IMG/VR virus record: IMGVR_UViG_3300047509_000103
Location: 1-64,000 of that record
Source: a virus
Length of the DNA stretch: 64,000 nucleotides
Direction: 5' to 3' (one strand)
Below the pieces are notes generated by a model. The model searched no databases. It had not been told where the DNA came from and was given only the letters and a program-made list of their open reading frames with translations. Shown piece by piece: positions 1 through 9,241 of this stretch (position 1 is the stretch's first letter; every line of letters begins with the position of its first letter). The translations under genes were made by a program, and so were the position numbers.

Positions 1-215
1 AGCGCATAGACTGCGGTGGAAATTCTTGAACGCAGCAGTGTCATCCCCGCCAATCGTGCGATTGCGCAATTCAAAGGCATACGATTGCAGCCAGCCAGCG
101 GCATGAATCCTGTCCCTCATCGTGCATTCTTTTGACTCAAGCTGCGTCGCCAGCGCGCCTAATGCGTCGGCACGCTCCGCGTCGGTCTTGAGACCACCAG
201 TCGGTTCTGCGATGG

Positions 216-665
216 TCATGTCGTTTTCTCGCTTTGGTGGACTGGCAATCTGTAATCGTATTTGTCCCACTCGAAAGCGAACGGCGGCGGCTTGACTTCG
301 GCGTCTATCCACACGCCATTGATAAGCGTTTCAACCGGCTTTCCTTTGCGAACTGACCATTCGATGTGATTGCGGCGCTTCAATTCCGGCCCATCAGGAT
401 TGGCGGGGTTTTCTCCGTAGTAGTCCTCACGCGCGCAGCAGTCGATTGCGAACGTGTCGTCGTCAAACTCCATACGTTCATCGCCAGCGGCAATCGGCAT
501 ACGCGTGACTTTTGAGCCAATGCCAGCGGTCCACATGACCATCGTCGGATTTTCCGCCTGCCACTGTTTGCAGACGATTTCAACCAGTGAGCACAACGCT
601 TGTTCCCAACCATCAGGAAGGTTTACCGGCGCAGGAAACGAAACCTCAATTTTGGAAATGCCCAT
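216..665 (-). CDS. Hypothetical phage protein
   Basis: 149-aa ORF in leftward operon, GAGG RBS upstream. Confidence 0.7.
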   Translation of the reverse strand: MGISKIEVSFPAPVNLPDGWEQALCSLVEIVCKQWQAENPTMVMWTAGIGSKVTRMPIAAGDERMEFDDDTFAIDCCAREDYYGENPANPDGPELKRRNHIEWSVRKGKPVETLINGVWIDAEVKPPPFAFEWDKYDYRLPVHQSEKTT

Positions 666-679
666 CTTAGTTACCTCGG

Positions 680-880
680 TTATTCAGATTGCTTGATAAG
701 AGTGCGTTTATTCGCGACAAAAATTTCCGCCGCTCGTTTGCCAGAACACATCGGCCCACTGCCCCAGGGCGAAACCTTGCGCGCGATCTTTGCGGCCTTG
801 GTCGCCGTCTCCGTCGTCTGTCGGAACGGATGGCGCGGATCGCCGAAGGGGATGCCGATGGTCATGCTTATTTGTTCCAT
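680..880 (-). CDS. Hypothetical protein (start uncertain)
   Basis: Short ORF filling the gap between neighbours. Confidence 0.4.
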   Translation of the reverse strand: MEQISMTIGIPFGDPRHPFRQTTETATKAAKIARKVSPWGSGPMCSGKRAAEIFVANKRTLIKQSE

Positions 881-1278
881 GGTTTGGCTTTGTGGATCTG
901 ATCTACCGTCGGCCACGATTCCGGTCCAGTGAAACGCACGGCCCTGTCATCCAAGTAGATAAGAGCTGCTGGCTTAGTTTTGGCCAGAGTTATGTCCTCA
1001 AGCCCGCGCGCACCGACGCACTCGAAGAAAGCGCCACCACCGTGCTCGTAGAGCCAGCGTCGAATCGCTCTGCGGCCGCGCCATGTCTTGCAGCGGGTCG
1101 AAAAGATGACGACCTCGAACTTGGCTAGCATCGTAATCAGCCACAAGATCGCGCCCGCCACGGGCGGATCGGGAATCGTATGGGCGTTTATCCATGGCGT
1201 CGTGTACGAATGCAGAACGCCATCGAAGTCAACGCATACCGTATACTTTTTTTCCTTCACAACATCACCTTTCTTCAT
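868..1278 (-). CDS. HAD-superfamily phosphatase-like phage protein
   Basis: DxDGV motif (VDFDGVLHSY) and YLDDRA; TGATG overlap with the ASCH gene stop. Confidence 0.75.
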   Translation of the reverse strand: MKKGDVVKEKKYTVCVDFDGVLHSYTTPWINAHTIPDPPVAGAILWLITMLAKFEVVIFSTRCKTWRGRRAIRRWLYEHGGGAFFECVGARGLEDITLAKTKPAALIYLDDRAVRFTGPESWPTVDQIHKAKPWNK

Positions 1279-1652
1279 CACCACGGTGAATCGACGTTGA
1301 AGAAACTCAGTTGGCCGCGGCATGGAACAAACGGCCGCAGCACAGGATTGCGCAGTACGAAGCCCCACTTGCCGAAAAACCAGGGCGAGCTAGAAACCGC
1401 TGCGCAATCGAGTATGTCGACCGTGCCTATCAGACCACCGCGATCAAGTTCCTTCGCCGGCGGTAGGACGATGGAAGGGAAGCGATCGGCAAGAAAGTCT
1501 TCGACTTCGGCGTACTCGCGCTTCGTCATACCGCCGGATGCGTGCACAGCAATCGTGCCGCGCACGTGCGTCGGCCAGTCACGATTCTCGACGTCTTTGC
1601 TGGCGTGCATGATCAGCCACGCCCACGGTTGCCGGATGGAGAGAGCTTTCAC
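1278..1652 (-). CDS. ASCH domain protein
   Basis: KALSIRQPWAWLI...KDVENRDW...IAVHAS motif; GTG start at 1652. Confidence 0.9.
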   Translation of the reverse strand: MKALSIRQPWAWLIMHASKDVENRDWPTHVRGTIAVHASGGMTKREYAEVEDFLADRFPSIVLPPAKELDRGGLIGTVDILDCAAVSSSPWFFGKWGFVLRNPVLRPFVPCRGQLSFFNVDSPW

Positions 1653-1654
1653 GA

Positions 1655-1861
1655 TCAGAAGAATTCCGGCTTCGCGACTGCGCGGGTGAGTGCCATCAAG
1701 CCCTGTTGCAGGTGCGTGGTGCCGATCGAGATCCACCGCTGGTCATAGTTTGGACCTCCCAAGGCGCCAACCAATTCAGCGAGTTCTTTGCCCGTCTCCT
1801 TGATTCGGTTGATCAGCGCAATTTCTTGCTCGTTCAACTCGCGATAGTGCTGGTTTTCCAT
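1655..1861 (-). CDS. acb2: Acb2-like anti-CBASS cyclic-oligonucleotide sponge (68 aa)
   Basis: MENQH-YRELNEQEIALINRIKETG...RWISIGTTHLQQGLMALTRAVAKPEFF matches the Acb2 pattern (NQH..YRDL..EI..MNR.KE.G / RWLAIG.T..Q.G.MA..RA.AQP..F); GGAGA RBS. Confidence 0.85.
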   Translation of the reverse strand: MENQHYRELNEQEIALINRIKETGKELAELVGALGGPNYDQRWISIGTTHLQQGLMALTRAVAKPEFF

Positions 1862-1874
1862 TGCATTCTCCAAA

Positions 1875-2345
1875 TAAGTGCAGGCGACGAACGGGGCAGC
1901 AAACGGGGAAGGAAAACCGCCCGCTCGCCGCCTGCGTGAAAGGAATTTTGCGTCCCGTATACGCCGGGACCACGCGGATTTTTTTGACTTGTCTGTCGCC
2001 ATGCGCTTTCGTGCGCCCGCCTGCAACGCTCGGCTTCTGCTAAGGCACGCCGAGACAGCCGTGTAGTTACGCCTACACATCGATCGAGTTCACTCCGCAT
2101 ATAGGCGCTGCAGTCACTCGACAAACCCGCCCACCTTCCGTTCGACGATCCATGTCGCATTCTTTGCACCGTCTGCCCGGGGCCACGGTGGTTCCTTCTA
2201 ACGCACGCGATCAATTGCCTATGCGGGAACCCTTCCCTCGTGGTGGGGTAGTGGCGCGAGCAAGCGGTCACACCTGTCAGGCCGGTTCTCTCGCGCAAGT
2301 ACAACCCGGCCGCTATGACTTCACTCCGTGCTGATGTCGCCACGG
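1875..2345 (-). ncRNA. Candidate structured non-coding RNA between rdgC and acb2
   Basis: ~470 nt with no convincing CDS, many stems, one with G-U pairs that form only on the minus strand (see findings). Confidence 0.55.
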
Positions 2346-3884
2346 TCAACCCCTCTCTGGTGTATTTTGCTGTTGAATTACGGTGCGTTTTCCTGCGTGG
2401 TCAGGCGCCGACACGACGCCTTGTTCTTCCATCGTTTCGACCAGCTGCGCGGCGCGGTTGTAGCCGATCTTGAACACTCGCTGGACGTAGCTGATCGACA
2501 CCGCGCCAGCTTCGCGCACTGTGGCGATCGCCTTGGGCAGCAAATCGTCCGCTTCGCCGCCGCCAAAAGAAGCCAGCACTTCGCCGGTGTTTCCATCCGA
2601 TACGGTGGCGGTGACGCCCTGCTCCTTGCAGAGCCGGTCCATTTTCTTCACGGCCGCATGCACCTTCGGTGACGCCGCCGGTGCGCTCGGCTCGGTCATC
2701 TCGACTAGAGCGGCGAGGATCCACAACGATGTGTAGCCAGCGTTCTTGCCGTGGTTTTCTTTCGCCAGTGCGATCGCCGCCTCGGTGTCAGTCGTGCCGT
2801 CTTTCTTCGCCCGCTTTGTGATCGCCGCTGCACTGCTGGCCATCGTCTCGTCGAACTTGTGCCCGAGGAATTCGCGCGCGGTCTTCCGTGCCTCGTACAT
2901 CTTGGCAGTGATACCGATCACCTTCTCCCACTTGCCAGTCGTCTCCGCATCCCGCATGTGCTTCGGCGCGTCACCGCCATCGAGCGTGAGCTTCGGCGCC
3001 GCGCTGACCCCGAACGTTGATGCCAGCCAGTCCAGCACGCGCCGCAGCTCGAGCGTCATCAGCGCGAACTGCGAGTCGAACAGTTCCGCGGTGCTCTCGG
3101 CATCGCCGAGTTCGTCCTGCACCACATCCAGGAACCGCACCTTGTGCAGGCACAGCGCCTCGTCGAGTACGAACGAAACCCGATCATCGAACACCAGCGC
3201 CAGGCGAAACACCTGCTTGCCCGATTTCAGGTGCTCGCGCACTTCGTCCGATTCCAAGTCCTGATTCGTGCAGCGGACAACGGCGCCGGTTTCGGCTGGA
3301 TCTCGCAGCTCAATCTGATCACCGAGCACCAGATGCTCAGGCAGCTTGCCGTTGATCACCCAGTCGGTCATCAGCGCGCGCGGTGATTCTTCCGGCGAGA
3401 GCGGCACGCAGGGGAACGAGCCGGCCGCTTCGCGGATCGACGAGATGATGTTCTCGGCAACCTTGCGTGTAGCGTGGTCGATCACCAGCCAACCGTCTTT
3501 CGTGAAATAGGCGTTGGTGCGGCGCGTGCGCACGAACGCCTGCGGCAGCAGTGTGGTGAACACTTCGTCTTTGATGCGCTTGCGTTCTTTCGCGCCGACT
3601 CCCACGCCCGTCGCCGCTTCGATCGCGTCGATTTTGTGCGCCAGCACATCGCGCACCACGTCGGCCGGAAGCAACCTTTCCTGCTGCGCCACGGTGATCA
3701 GTTTGAAGTCGCCGACCACGTGCGTGTATGAGTCATCGAACCCATGCACGGGCGGCACGAAGCCGAACGTCGACAGTTCGAGTGGGCCACAGTCGCGCAA
3801 GGCGTGCTTTGGCAACGCATCGCAGAGCGCGCCCAGATCAATCTCTTGGCCGAAGCGGTAGCAAGTTAGGTTGCGGAAGAACAT
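2346..3884 (-). CDS. rdgC: Recombination-associated protein RdgC with C-terminal FtsK gamma-like winged-helix domain
   Basis: MFFRNLTCYRF..GFVPP..ERLLPA RdgC core; C-terminal SISYVQRVFKIGYNRAAQLVETMEEQGVVS is the FtsK gamma signature. Confidence 0.92.
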   Translation of the reverse strand: MFFRNLTCYRFGQEIDLGALCDALPKHALRDCGPLELSTFGFVPPVHGFDDSYTHVVGDFKLITVAQQERLLPADVVRDVLAHKIDAIEAATGVGVGAKERKRIKDEVFTTLLPQAFVRTRRTNAYFTKDGWLVIDHATRKVAENIISSIREAAGSFPCVPLSPEESPRALMTDWVINGKLPEHLVLGDQIELRDPAETGAVVRCTNQDLESDEVREHLKSGKQVFRLALVFDDRVSFVLDEALCLHKVRFLDVVQDELGDAESTAELFDSQFALMTLELRRVLDWLASTFGVSAAPKLTLDGGDAPKHMRDAETTGKWEKVIGITAKMYEARKTAREFLGHKFDETMASSAAAITKRAKKDGTTDTEAAIALAKENHGKNAGYTSLWILAALVEMTEPSAPAASPKVHAAVKKMDRLCKEQGVTATVSDGNTGEVLASFGGGEADDLLPKAIATVREAGAVSISYVQRVFKIGYNRAAQLVETMEEQGVVSAPDHAGKRTVIQQQNTPERG

Positions 3885-3897
3885 GAGTTACTCCGAA

Positions 3898-4215
3898 TCA
3901 GAGCCGTGAAGCGGCGACGCGCATCTCGGCGGCTTGCTGGCGTTTTTCGTACGCCTGCTTGTGGCACACCTGCGCCTGCTCGTCGTACGATCGTCCGTGG
4001 TGGGATAACTGATTTGCCTCCCGTTCCAATTCGGTCGCCTGCTCAAGCAGCAACCATGGAGGCGAGTTTTCGCGGTACGGGTTGGCCGGATTGATTGTCA
4101 CCGTAGCTGCGCACTCATTGACGCCATCGCGCGCGAGTGATCCGCCAAGGCTACCGATCGTCTCTGTGGCGCGACGTGGCGTGATGCGGTCGGTTTTTTC
4201 GTCGTTTCCATTCAT
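3898..4215 (-). CDS. Hypothetical protein
   Basis: ORF starting MNGNDEK with GAGG RBS. Confidence 0.6.
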   Translation of the reverse strand: MNGNDEKTDRITPRRATETIGSLGGSLARDGVNECAATVTINPANPYRENSPPWLLLEQATELEREANQLSHHGRSYDEQAQVCHKQAYEKRQQAAEMRVAASRL

Positions 4216-4374
4216 TGCTATTACCTCGTTGGTTGGTTGACGATGTGTCGACGTACTGCTGGCGGTAGGCCTGAAGTGCTGCCCACGACCAGACTCCTTG
4301 CTGGTGCAAGTCGTACGCGAGAATGAATAGCGCGGCCCAGGCACGCTGAATTGAATCGGCACGTCCCTGTGCCG

Positions 4375-4902
4375 TCATGGCCGGCGCCCTGTTGCTGTTG
4401 CCGCCAAACGTGGGCGAGCCGCCGCGTAGAAGTCGTGATGTTCGACAGTGCAGGTGAGCACCCAGTCGCCCCAACTCTCGCGCGGCGGCTCGGATCGAGC
4501 CTTGAAAGCGATAACCTCAGAACAAGGGGAGGGGATGGCGTAGTCGCCCGTAATGACCGCATTCGCGACGTCCAGAGCGTGAGCCCACGCCACGGGGTCA
4601 TCGGTCCACGGATGGCGTGGATACGACCACCGATCCATCCCCTCAAACTGTCCAGGCTCCATGACGACGTCACACGCGTCAGAGCCGTACGGAAGCAATG
4701 CTTGTCGATTGACAATGACCTGGGCGACGAGCGCCTGGCCGAACCACGACTCACTGCGCGCTTCGGAATACACCGCCAGCGCAACGCAGGTGAGACCGCG
4801 GTTTTCGATTCCGTTGGGAATCAGATCAGCGCGATCGACAGGACCGATGTCGAAGTCTATGCCGGAGGCGAGAATGCAGAGCGTGAGGATCAGTCCGCGC
4901 AT
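4375..4902 (-). CDS. Cell wall hydrolase (SleB/Hydrolase_2 family) with N-terminal hydrophobic segment
   Basis: CVALAVYSEARSES..GQALVAQVIVNR...QF...HHDFY motifs. Confidence 0.88.
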   Translation of the reverse strand: MRGLILTLCILASGIDFDIGPVDRADLIPNGIENRGLTCVALAVYSEARSESWFGQALVAQVIVNRQALLPYGSDACDVVMEPGQFEGMDRWSYPRHPWTDDPVAWAHALDVANAVITGDYAIPSPCSEVIAFKARSEPPRESWGDWVLTCTVEHHDFYAAARPRLAATATGRRP

Positions 4903-5189
4903 GGTGGTTCCCTCAGCGGCAATGGCCCGCAGTGTTTGTATTCGGCCAATGGATCCTTCGCGAATTTGCCGTCGACGCGCAGCTTGACCATGTAGTCTCC
5001 GTCGAGCGTCCCTTCAGGCAAGCGCTCGTGCAGCTCGCGCATGAGGTCTACGAACTGCTCCTGCCACTCAATCGGCATTGAGCACAGCGCTCGGCGCGCC
5101 ACGACCAGATAACTTGCGTATGTGAGGCCGAATTCGTTCCACACAGGACCGTCTGCGTACTCTGGGCGATAGCCGATGTCTTCGCTCAT
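4890..5189 (-). CDS. Conserved phage hypothetical protein
   Basis: FGLTYASYLVVARRALCSMPIEWQ; overlaps both neighbours. Confidence 0.75.
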   Translation of the reverse strand: MSEDIGYRPEYADGPVWNEFGLTYASYLVVARRALCSMPIEWQEQFVDLMRELHERLPEGTLDGDYMVKLRVDGKFAKDPLAEYKHCGPLPLREPPCAD

Positions 5190-5953
5190 GGTGTCGCTCG
5201 CTTAAAAGTGAGAACCCAGATCCACGGGTTGCTATCCCATAACGCGCGCTTGGCATTGATCGAATCCCACAATTTCTGGAAGTCATCGCGTTCAGCCTTG
5301 CAGCCCTTTTCGTTGCAATCAGAACAGCCATCTGGCCCATAGCAGAATCCGTTCAGCGGCTTGATGCCTTCCGCTATTGCATCATCGGCGCTGATGTCCT
5401 GCAGCCGCTGAACGCGCACGTCGGTGATCTCAAGCGTGAGGCGTGAGGCCCATCGGTGCATGTGGATGGCGGTTACGGTTTTGCCAAACCGCCCGACGCA
5501 GTGCTCGTAGATCGGATGTGGATATTTCCACTCGCTCAGTGAGCGCTTTGCTTCGTCGGCTTTGTAGACGAGAAAATCTTCACCAGGCTCGGCTTCGGCC
5601 ATCACGCGCGACATCCAACGCTGATAACGCGCACCGTCTTTCGGCCTGCTACTCTCGTTGGAGCGCGGCGTGTGCCAGTCCTTTGGGCGATCAGGCTGTT
5701 CCCAGTATGTCGTCGTCTCGCGCACCCAGAGCCGATCACCTGGCTCGCCGTAAGGGCAACTTAGGTCCATGTAGTCCAGCGTGTCCGGATTCTTAAAGAA
5801 GTTTCCAGGATCGCCTGCCACCACAGTACCCATGTATTCGGTGAACGGTTCACGCAGCTTGATCAAGCGCCGCGTTTGCGTTTTGCTGCCGTCGAGCAGT
5901 GATCTGACCATCGGCGCCGAAAACAATATTGGTCTTTCCTTCACGGCGTTCAT
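5186..5953 (-). CDS. Phage ASCH/PUA-like protein
   Basis: KERPILFSAPMVR.LLDG.KTQTRR, CPYGEPGDRLWVRET, IHM.RWASRLTLEITDVRVQRLQDIS, NPWIWV. Confidence 0.85.
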   Translation of the reverse strand: MNAVKERPILFSAPMVRSLLDGSKTQTRRLIKLREPFTEYMGTVVAGDPGNFFKNPDTLDYMDLSCPYGEPGDRLWVRETTTYWEQPDRPKDWHTPRSNESSRPKDGARYQRWMSRVMAEAEPGEDFLVYKADEAKRSLSEWKYPHPIYEHCVGRFGKTVTAIHMHRWASRLTLEITDVRVQRLQDISADDAIAEGIKPLNGFCYGPDGCSDCNEKGCKAERDDFQKLWDSINAKRALWDSNPWIWVLTFKRATP

Positions 5954-6192
5954 AGCGACCGCACCCGATCAATGACGGCCGCCGCCGAGAGTCTGGAAAA
6001 TGTCCAATCCATTCCCTTGTACTCATCGCTGAAAGCCAGGTCGTGAACGAAGCAATACAACTCGATGTTCTCAAGCGCCAGGCGTTGCGCCGTTCGCCGC
6101 TGCGCGCACGCGCACGTGAACAGCATGAGGAACGCGCCGATCACGAGGCCCAGGGCGAACGCGATGTAGAGCGGAGTCAGGGATGGGTTCAT
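5950..6192 (-). CDS. Small membrane protein
   Basis: N-terminal TM helix, 4-bp overlaps. Confidence 0.6.
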   Translation of the reverse strand: MNPSLTPLYIAFALGLVIGAFLMLFTCACAQRRTAQRLALENIELYCFVHDLAFSDEYKGMDWTFSRLSAAAVIDRVRSL

Positions 6193-6763
6193 CGACCTTC
6201 TCTCATGCCGTCTCGAATAGCGTTGCTGATCGCCGCTGATCCAGTGCAGCCGTACTTATCGCTGTCGCCCATAAAATCAGCGATTCGCTTCATGCTGACA
6301 GCGATAGAAAACAAGGCGCATTGCTCAGGGGAAAAATTCGACATTGCGAAAGCTGACGGTTCCACAAAGTCAAATACATTGTTCGTCTTGTTGATCATGG
6401 TCCACTCCACGTGCCAGGAGGCGCAAACAACGACACCAATACGAGGGCTAGCGCAGTCAGCCCGATCGCGATCAGCTCGAAGCGCGTTGCGAGAGAGCCG
6501 AGGTCTTTCATGCAGGCACGCTCCAGCAGAAGAACAGCAGCGCGAGAAATAGCCACGCGATGGTGCGCAGCGCGCCAGGCGTGAGTTCAACGCCACGCAT
6601 GTCGCTGCAAACCTGTGATAGAAGCGAGTACGCGCCATACAGGCCGGTGATGTACGAGCACCACAGAAAGATGTGCTGTAAGCTCAAGCTCATGGCTTCA
6701 TGCACCAGCCGAGCAACACAACCAGCGCACAGATCACAACGACGTAGAGAAGGGTGCGCGGCT

Positions 6764-7498
6764 TCATAGCGCCGCCGCAATTTCAATGGCATCAATCGCC
6801 GCGGCAGCGCCGTGCATGACGCAGAGCACCTGCGCTGGCTTCGGGTCACCGGTACGTGCGGCAGCCTCAGCGACCTGGACCTGCCACCACGTCATCACGG
6901 CTTTGATCGGCAGCGCGAGACCGACCTCGACGAATTGGCCAGTCGCCAAACCAATGCCGGTCATCGCTGCATCGGCCGCGATGCACTTGCCCACTGGAAT
7001 CGTGACGGTGTGAGCTTGGACCCACTTGTCGCGCGTGACCTCGAACGCCTGAACGTTCTCAACCGTCGGCGCGGGACACGAATCGCACATCAACATCTTT
7101 GGCTCGCCGGCCAGGGCAACGACTTTCCCGTCCTGCTTGATCTGCTCGAGAACCTTGACCTTTATGTCTGAGCACCCAGAAAGCGGCGCGACCATGGCGA
7201 TGAACATCAGGATCAGCGCCAGCGCGAACCCGGCGCGCGACGGTGCGAGATGGCGCTCAAGCGTTTCGACCCGTGGCGGCAGTGGGATGATCGGCTGACC
7301 GGTGAATTCGGCCGCCACGCGAATGCCGCTGCAGATCGCGCGGTGAGCGGTGTCGCCTTCGCGGATTGCCTTGACGGCATCGTTGCCGCACCGCAAGGCC
7401 TGCTCGTCGTTGCAGCCCATTCGAGTGGCGATGCGCATGACGTGCGCGCGTACCGCGTTCGGACGAAGTGAAACAAAATCTGGTTGTTGCATGGTCAC
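6764..7498 (-). CDS. Hypothetical membrane protein
   Basis: 244-aa ORF, internal TM segment, GGAGA RBS. Confidence 0.65.
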   Translation of the reverse strand: MTMQQPDFVSLRPNAVRAHVMRIATRMGCNDEQALRCGNDAVKAIREGDTAHRAICSGIRVAAEFTGQPIIPLPPRVETLERHLAPSRAGFALALILMFIAMVAPLSGCSDIKVKVLEQIKQDGKVVALAGEPKMLMCDSCPAPTVENVQAFEVTRDKWVQAHTVTIPVGKCIAADAAMTGIGLATGQFVEVGLALPIKAVMTWWQVQVAEAAARTGDPKPAQVLCVMHGAAAAIDAIEIAAAL

Positions 7499-7570
7499 TT
7501 GCGTTCTCCAATAAGAAGGGTGATTTTTCGTTCATCCAATTGGTGGTCGAAACGGCGTCTACTGCTTAGC

Positions 7571-7729
7571 TCAAAATCCCAAATTGCCGATTACTGACTG
7601 GCGCGCGCGACGGAGCGCACGAGGCGAACCCGCGCGCCGTTGCCGCGGCTGGGGATGCCCACAGTGCCGAGGTCGAAATCGACGACGAAGGCGCAGTCGG
7701 AGTAGGAAGGGTCCGGCGTTGACGTCCAG
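7571..7729 (-). repeat. DGR-type variable repeat copy 1 plus shared GC-rich/IMH-like 3' end
   Basis: Colinear with 10788-10946 (offset 3217); 7571-7636 identical to 10788-10853. Confidence 0.9.
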
Positions 7730-8010
7730 ACCCAATCACCATGCGAATTGAAAAGTGGATTGATCGCAGGGTTGAAAAGAGTGTCGTCGGTGATGCCGAA
7801 CAACTCCTTTCGTGTCGGCATCCTCCATTCGTTAGAGCCAGCAAGCGATGCCTCGGCGGCATACTTCACCGCAGCCGCGTGGTTCATTTCCTCAGGCGAC
7901 TCGTCGCGTGCCCACGTCAGATTGGTCAACGGGTCGTGCAAGGCAACGTAGTCCGTTGCATCGGCGGGAAGCTGCTCGTCTGTGCTGCTGATCTTTATCA
8001 AGGTATCCAT
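7591..8010 (-). CDS. DUF1566 (Lcl C-terminal/CLec-fold) protein, putative DGR target 1
   Basis: D..TNLTW, EWRMPTRKELFGI, WTST, RVRLVR motifs. Confidence 0.88.
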   Translation of the reverse strand: MDTLIKISSTDEQLPADATDYVALHDPLTNLTWARDESPEEMNHAAAVKYAAEASLAGSNEWRMPTRKELFGITDDTLFNPAINPLFNSHGDWVWTSTPDPSYSDCAFVVDFDLGTVGIPSRGNGARVRLVRSVARASQ

Positions 8011-8033
8011 GTGGTCCTCTTTTGGGGTAGTCG

Positions 8034-8498
8034 TCAGAACGGAATTTCGTCGTCGTCGAAACTGTTGGTATCGGACGGCGGCGGTGGAGCGTTTCGGGAG
8101 GATGGAGACGGCTGCGGCCCGCGTGCTGGACCGCGCTCGCGACGTTCACCACTGTCGGGCGTGCTCTTGGTGCCAAGCATTTGCATCACGTCGGCGATAA
8201 CATCCGTCGACCAGCGCTTGATTCCATCTTTCTCGTATTCCTCGGTTCGCAACTTTCCCTCGACATAGACCTGGCCACCTTTTTTCAGGTACTCGCCAGC
8301 GATCTCTGCCAAGCGGCCGAAGAACTTGATCCGATGCCATTCGGTGCGTTCCTGCTGTTCGCCGGTCTGTTTGTCTTTCCACGATTCGGACGTGGCGATG
8401 CGGATCGTCGTGATCGCCGTGCCGCTGGGCGTGTAGCGCGTTTCCGGATCGGCGCCGAGATTGCCCACCAGGATGCATTTATTGATTCCCCTGCTCAT
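8034..8498 (-). CDS. ssb: Single-stranded DNA-binding protein
   Basis: [24 protein letters not shown], acidic tail DDDEIPF. Confidence 0.98.
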   Translation of the reverse strand: MSRGINKCILVGNLGADPETRYTPSGTAITTIRIATSESWKDKQTGEQQERTEWHRIKFFGRLAEIAGEYLKKGGQVYVEGKLRTEEYEKDGIKRWSTDVIADVMQMLGTKSTPDSGERRERGPARGPQPSPSSRNAPPPPSDTNSFDDDEIPF

Positions 8499-9241
8499 GC
8501 GCGTCGCACCGATAGGCCTTTGTCCTCGTACACGCGCACGCCAGGGATTCGCGTGGCACCCTTGAGTGAGCGCACAACGCCACCGATAGCCTGGTTCTCT
8601 TGCAGGTAGCCGAGCAGCGTGTCGTCGCCAGCCTCGGCCGCTTTGCCGGCGGCGATTACCAGCGCCTTGAAGTCGGTCACTTCGTACTTCCAGGTCGAGC
8701 GTGAGCCGATGCCGGCAGCCTTCGGCGCTGCGACCGTCGGCATCGAAACCGGCGCCACTTCGGCGAGCTCGATCGCCTCGCGCGCTGCTTCGACGCCGGC
8801 GACGTCGCCAGACTTCGCCGCCTCGGCTTGCTGCTTTTCGAGCGTTTCACGTGCGGCGCGCGCGATGGCTTCGGCCGCGCGCTTTTCGTCGTCAGCTTTC
8901 TTCTGCTGATCCCGTTGGAAACCGAGCATCGCAGCGCGTAGCGCGTTCTCCGCGTTCGCCATTATCTCATCGGGACCGCGAAACATCTCCATGATGCGCG
9001 ACTTGCTCTCGTCGAGCGGTCGCGTCAGGCTCTTGCGCAATTCCTCCATGTCCTTGCGGCGCGTGGAGATGTTGCGTAGTTCGTCGCCAGCGATGGCATA
9101 CATGTCCTGACTGTCGACGACGATGCTCAGCGCAATCGTGCGCGACTCCGTGGCCATAGCGTTCGCGCGCGCGAGCTCGGGAAGCGACAGCGCGGTTGAG
9201 CCTGGTGCCGGCTCTCCGGCTGGCATAAGTTGTGCGTTCAT
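8495..9241 (-). CDS. Phage coiled-coil protein of the recombination module
   Basis: Long helical ORF ending IPGVRVYE, between exonuclease and ssb. Confidence 0.75.
   Translation of the reverse strand: MNAQLMPAGEPAPGSTALSLPELARANAMATESRTIALSIVVDSQDMYAIAGDELRNISTRRKDMEELRKSLTRPLDESKSRIMEMFRGPDEIMANAENALRAAMLGFQRDQQKKADDEKRAAEAIARAARETLEKQQAEAAKSGDVAGVEAAREAIELAEVAPVSMPTVAAPKAAGIGSRSTWKYEVTDFKALVIAAGKAAEAGDDTLLGYLQENQAIGGVVRSLKGATRIPGVRVYEDKGLSVRRA

Noticed and set aside
1834-2349. 171-aa ORF across the structured region
   Set aside because: Arg/Ser-rich with no motifs and overlaps acb2; RNA structure explains the region better, though its start does overlap the rdgC stop so it is not excluded
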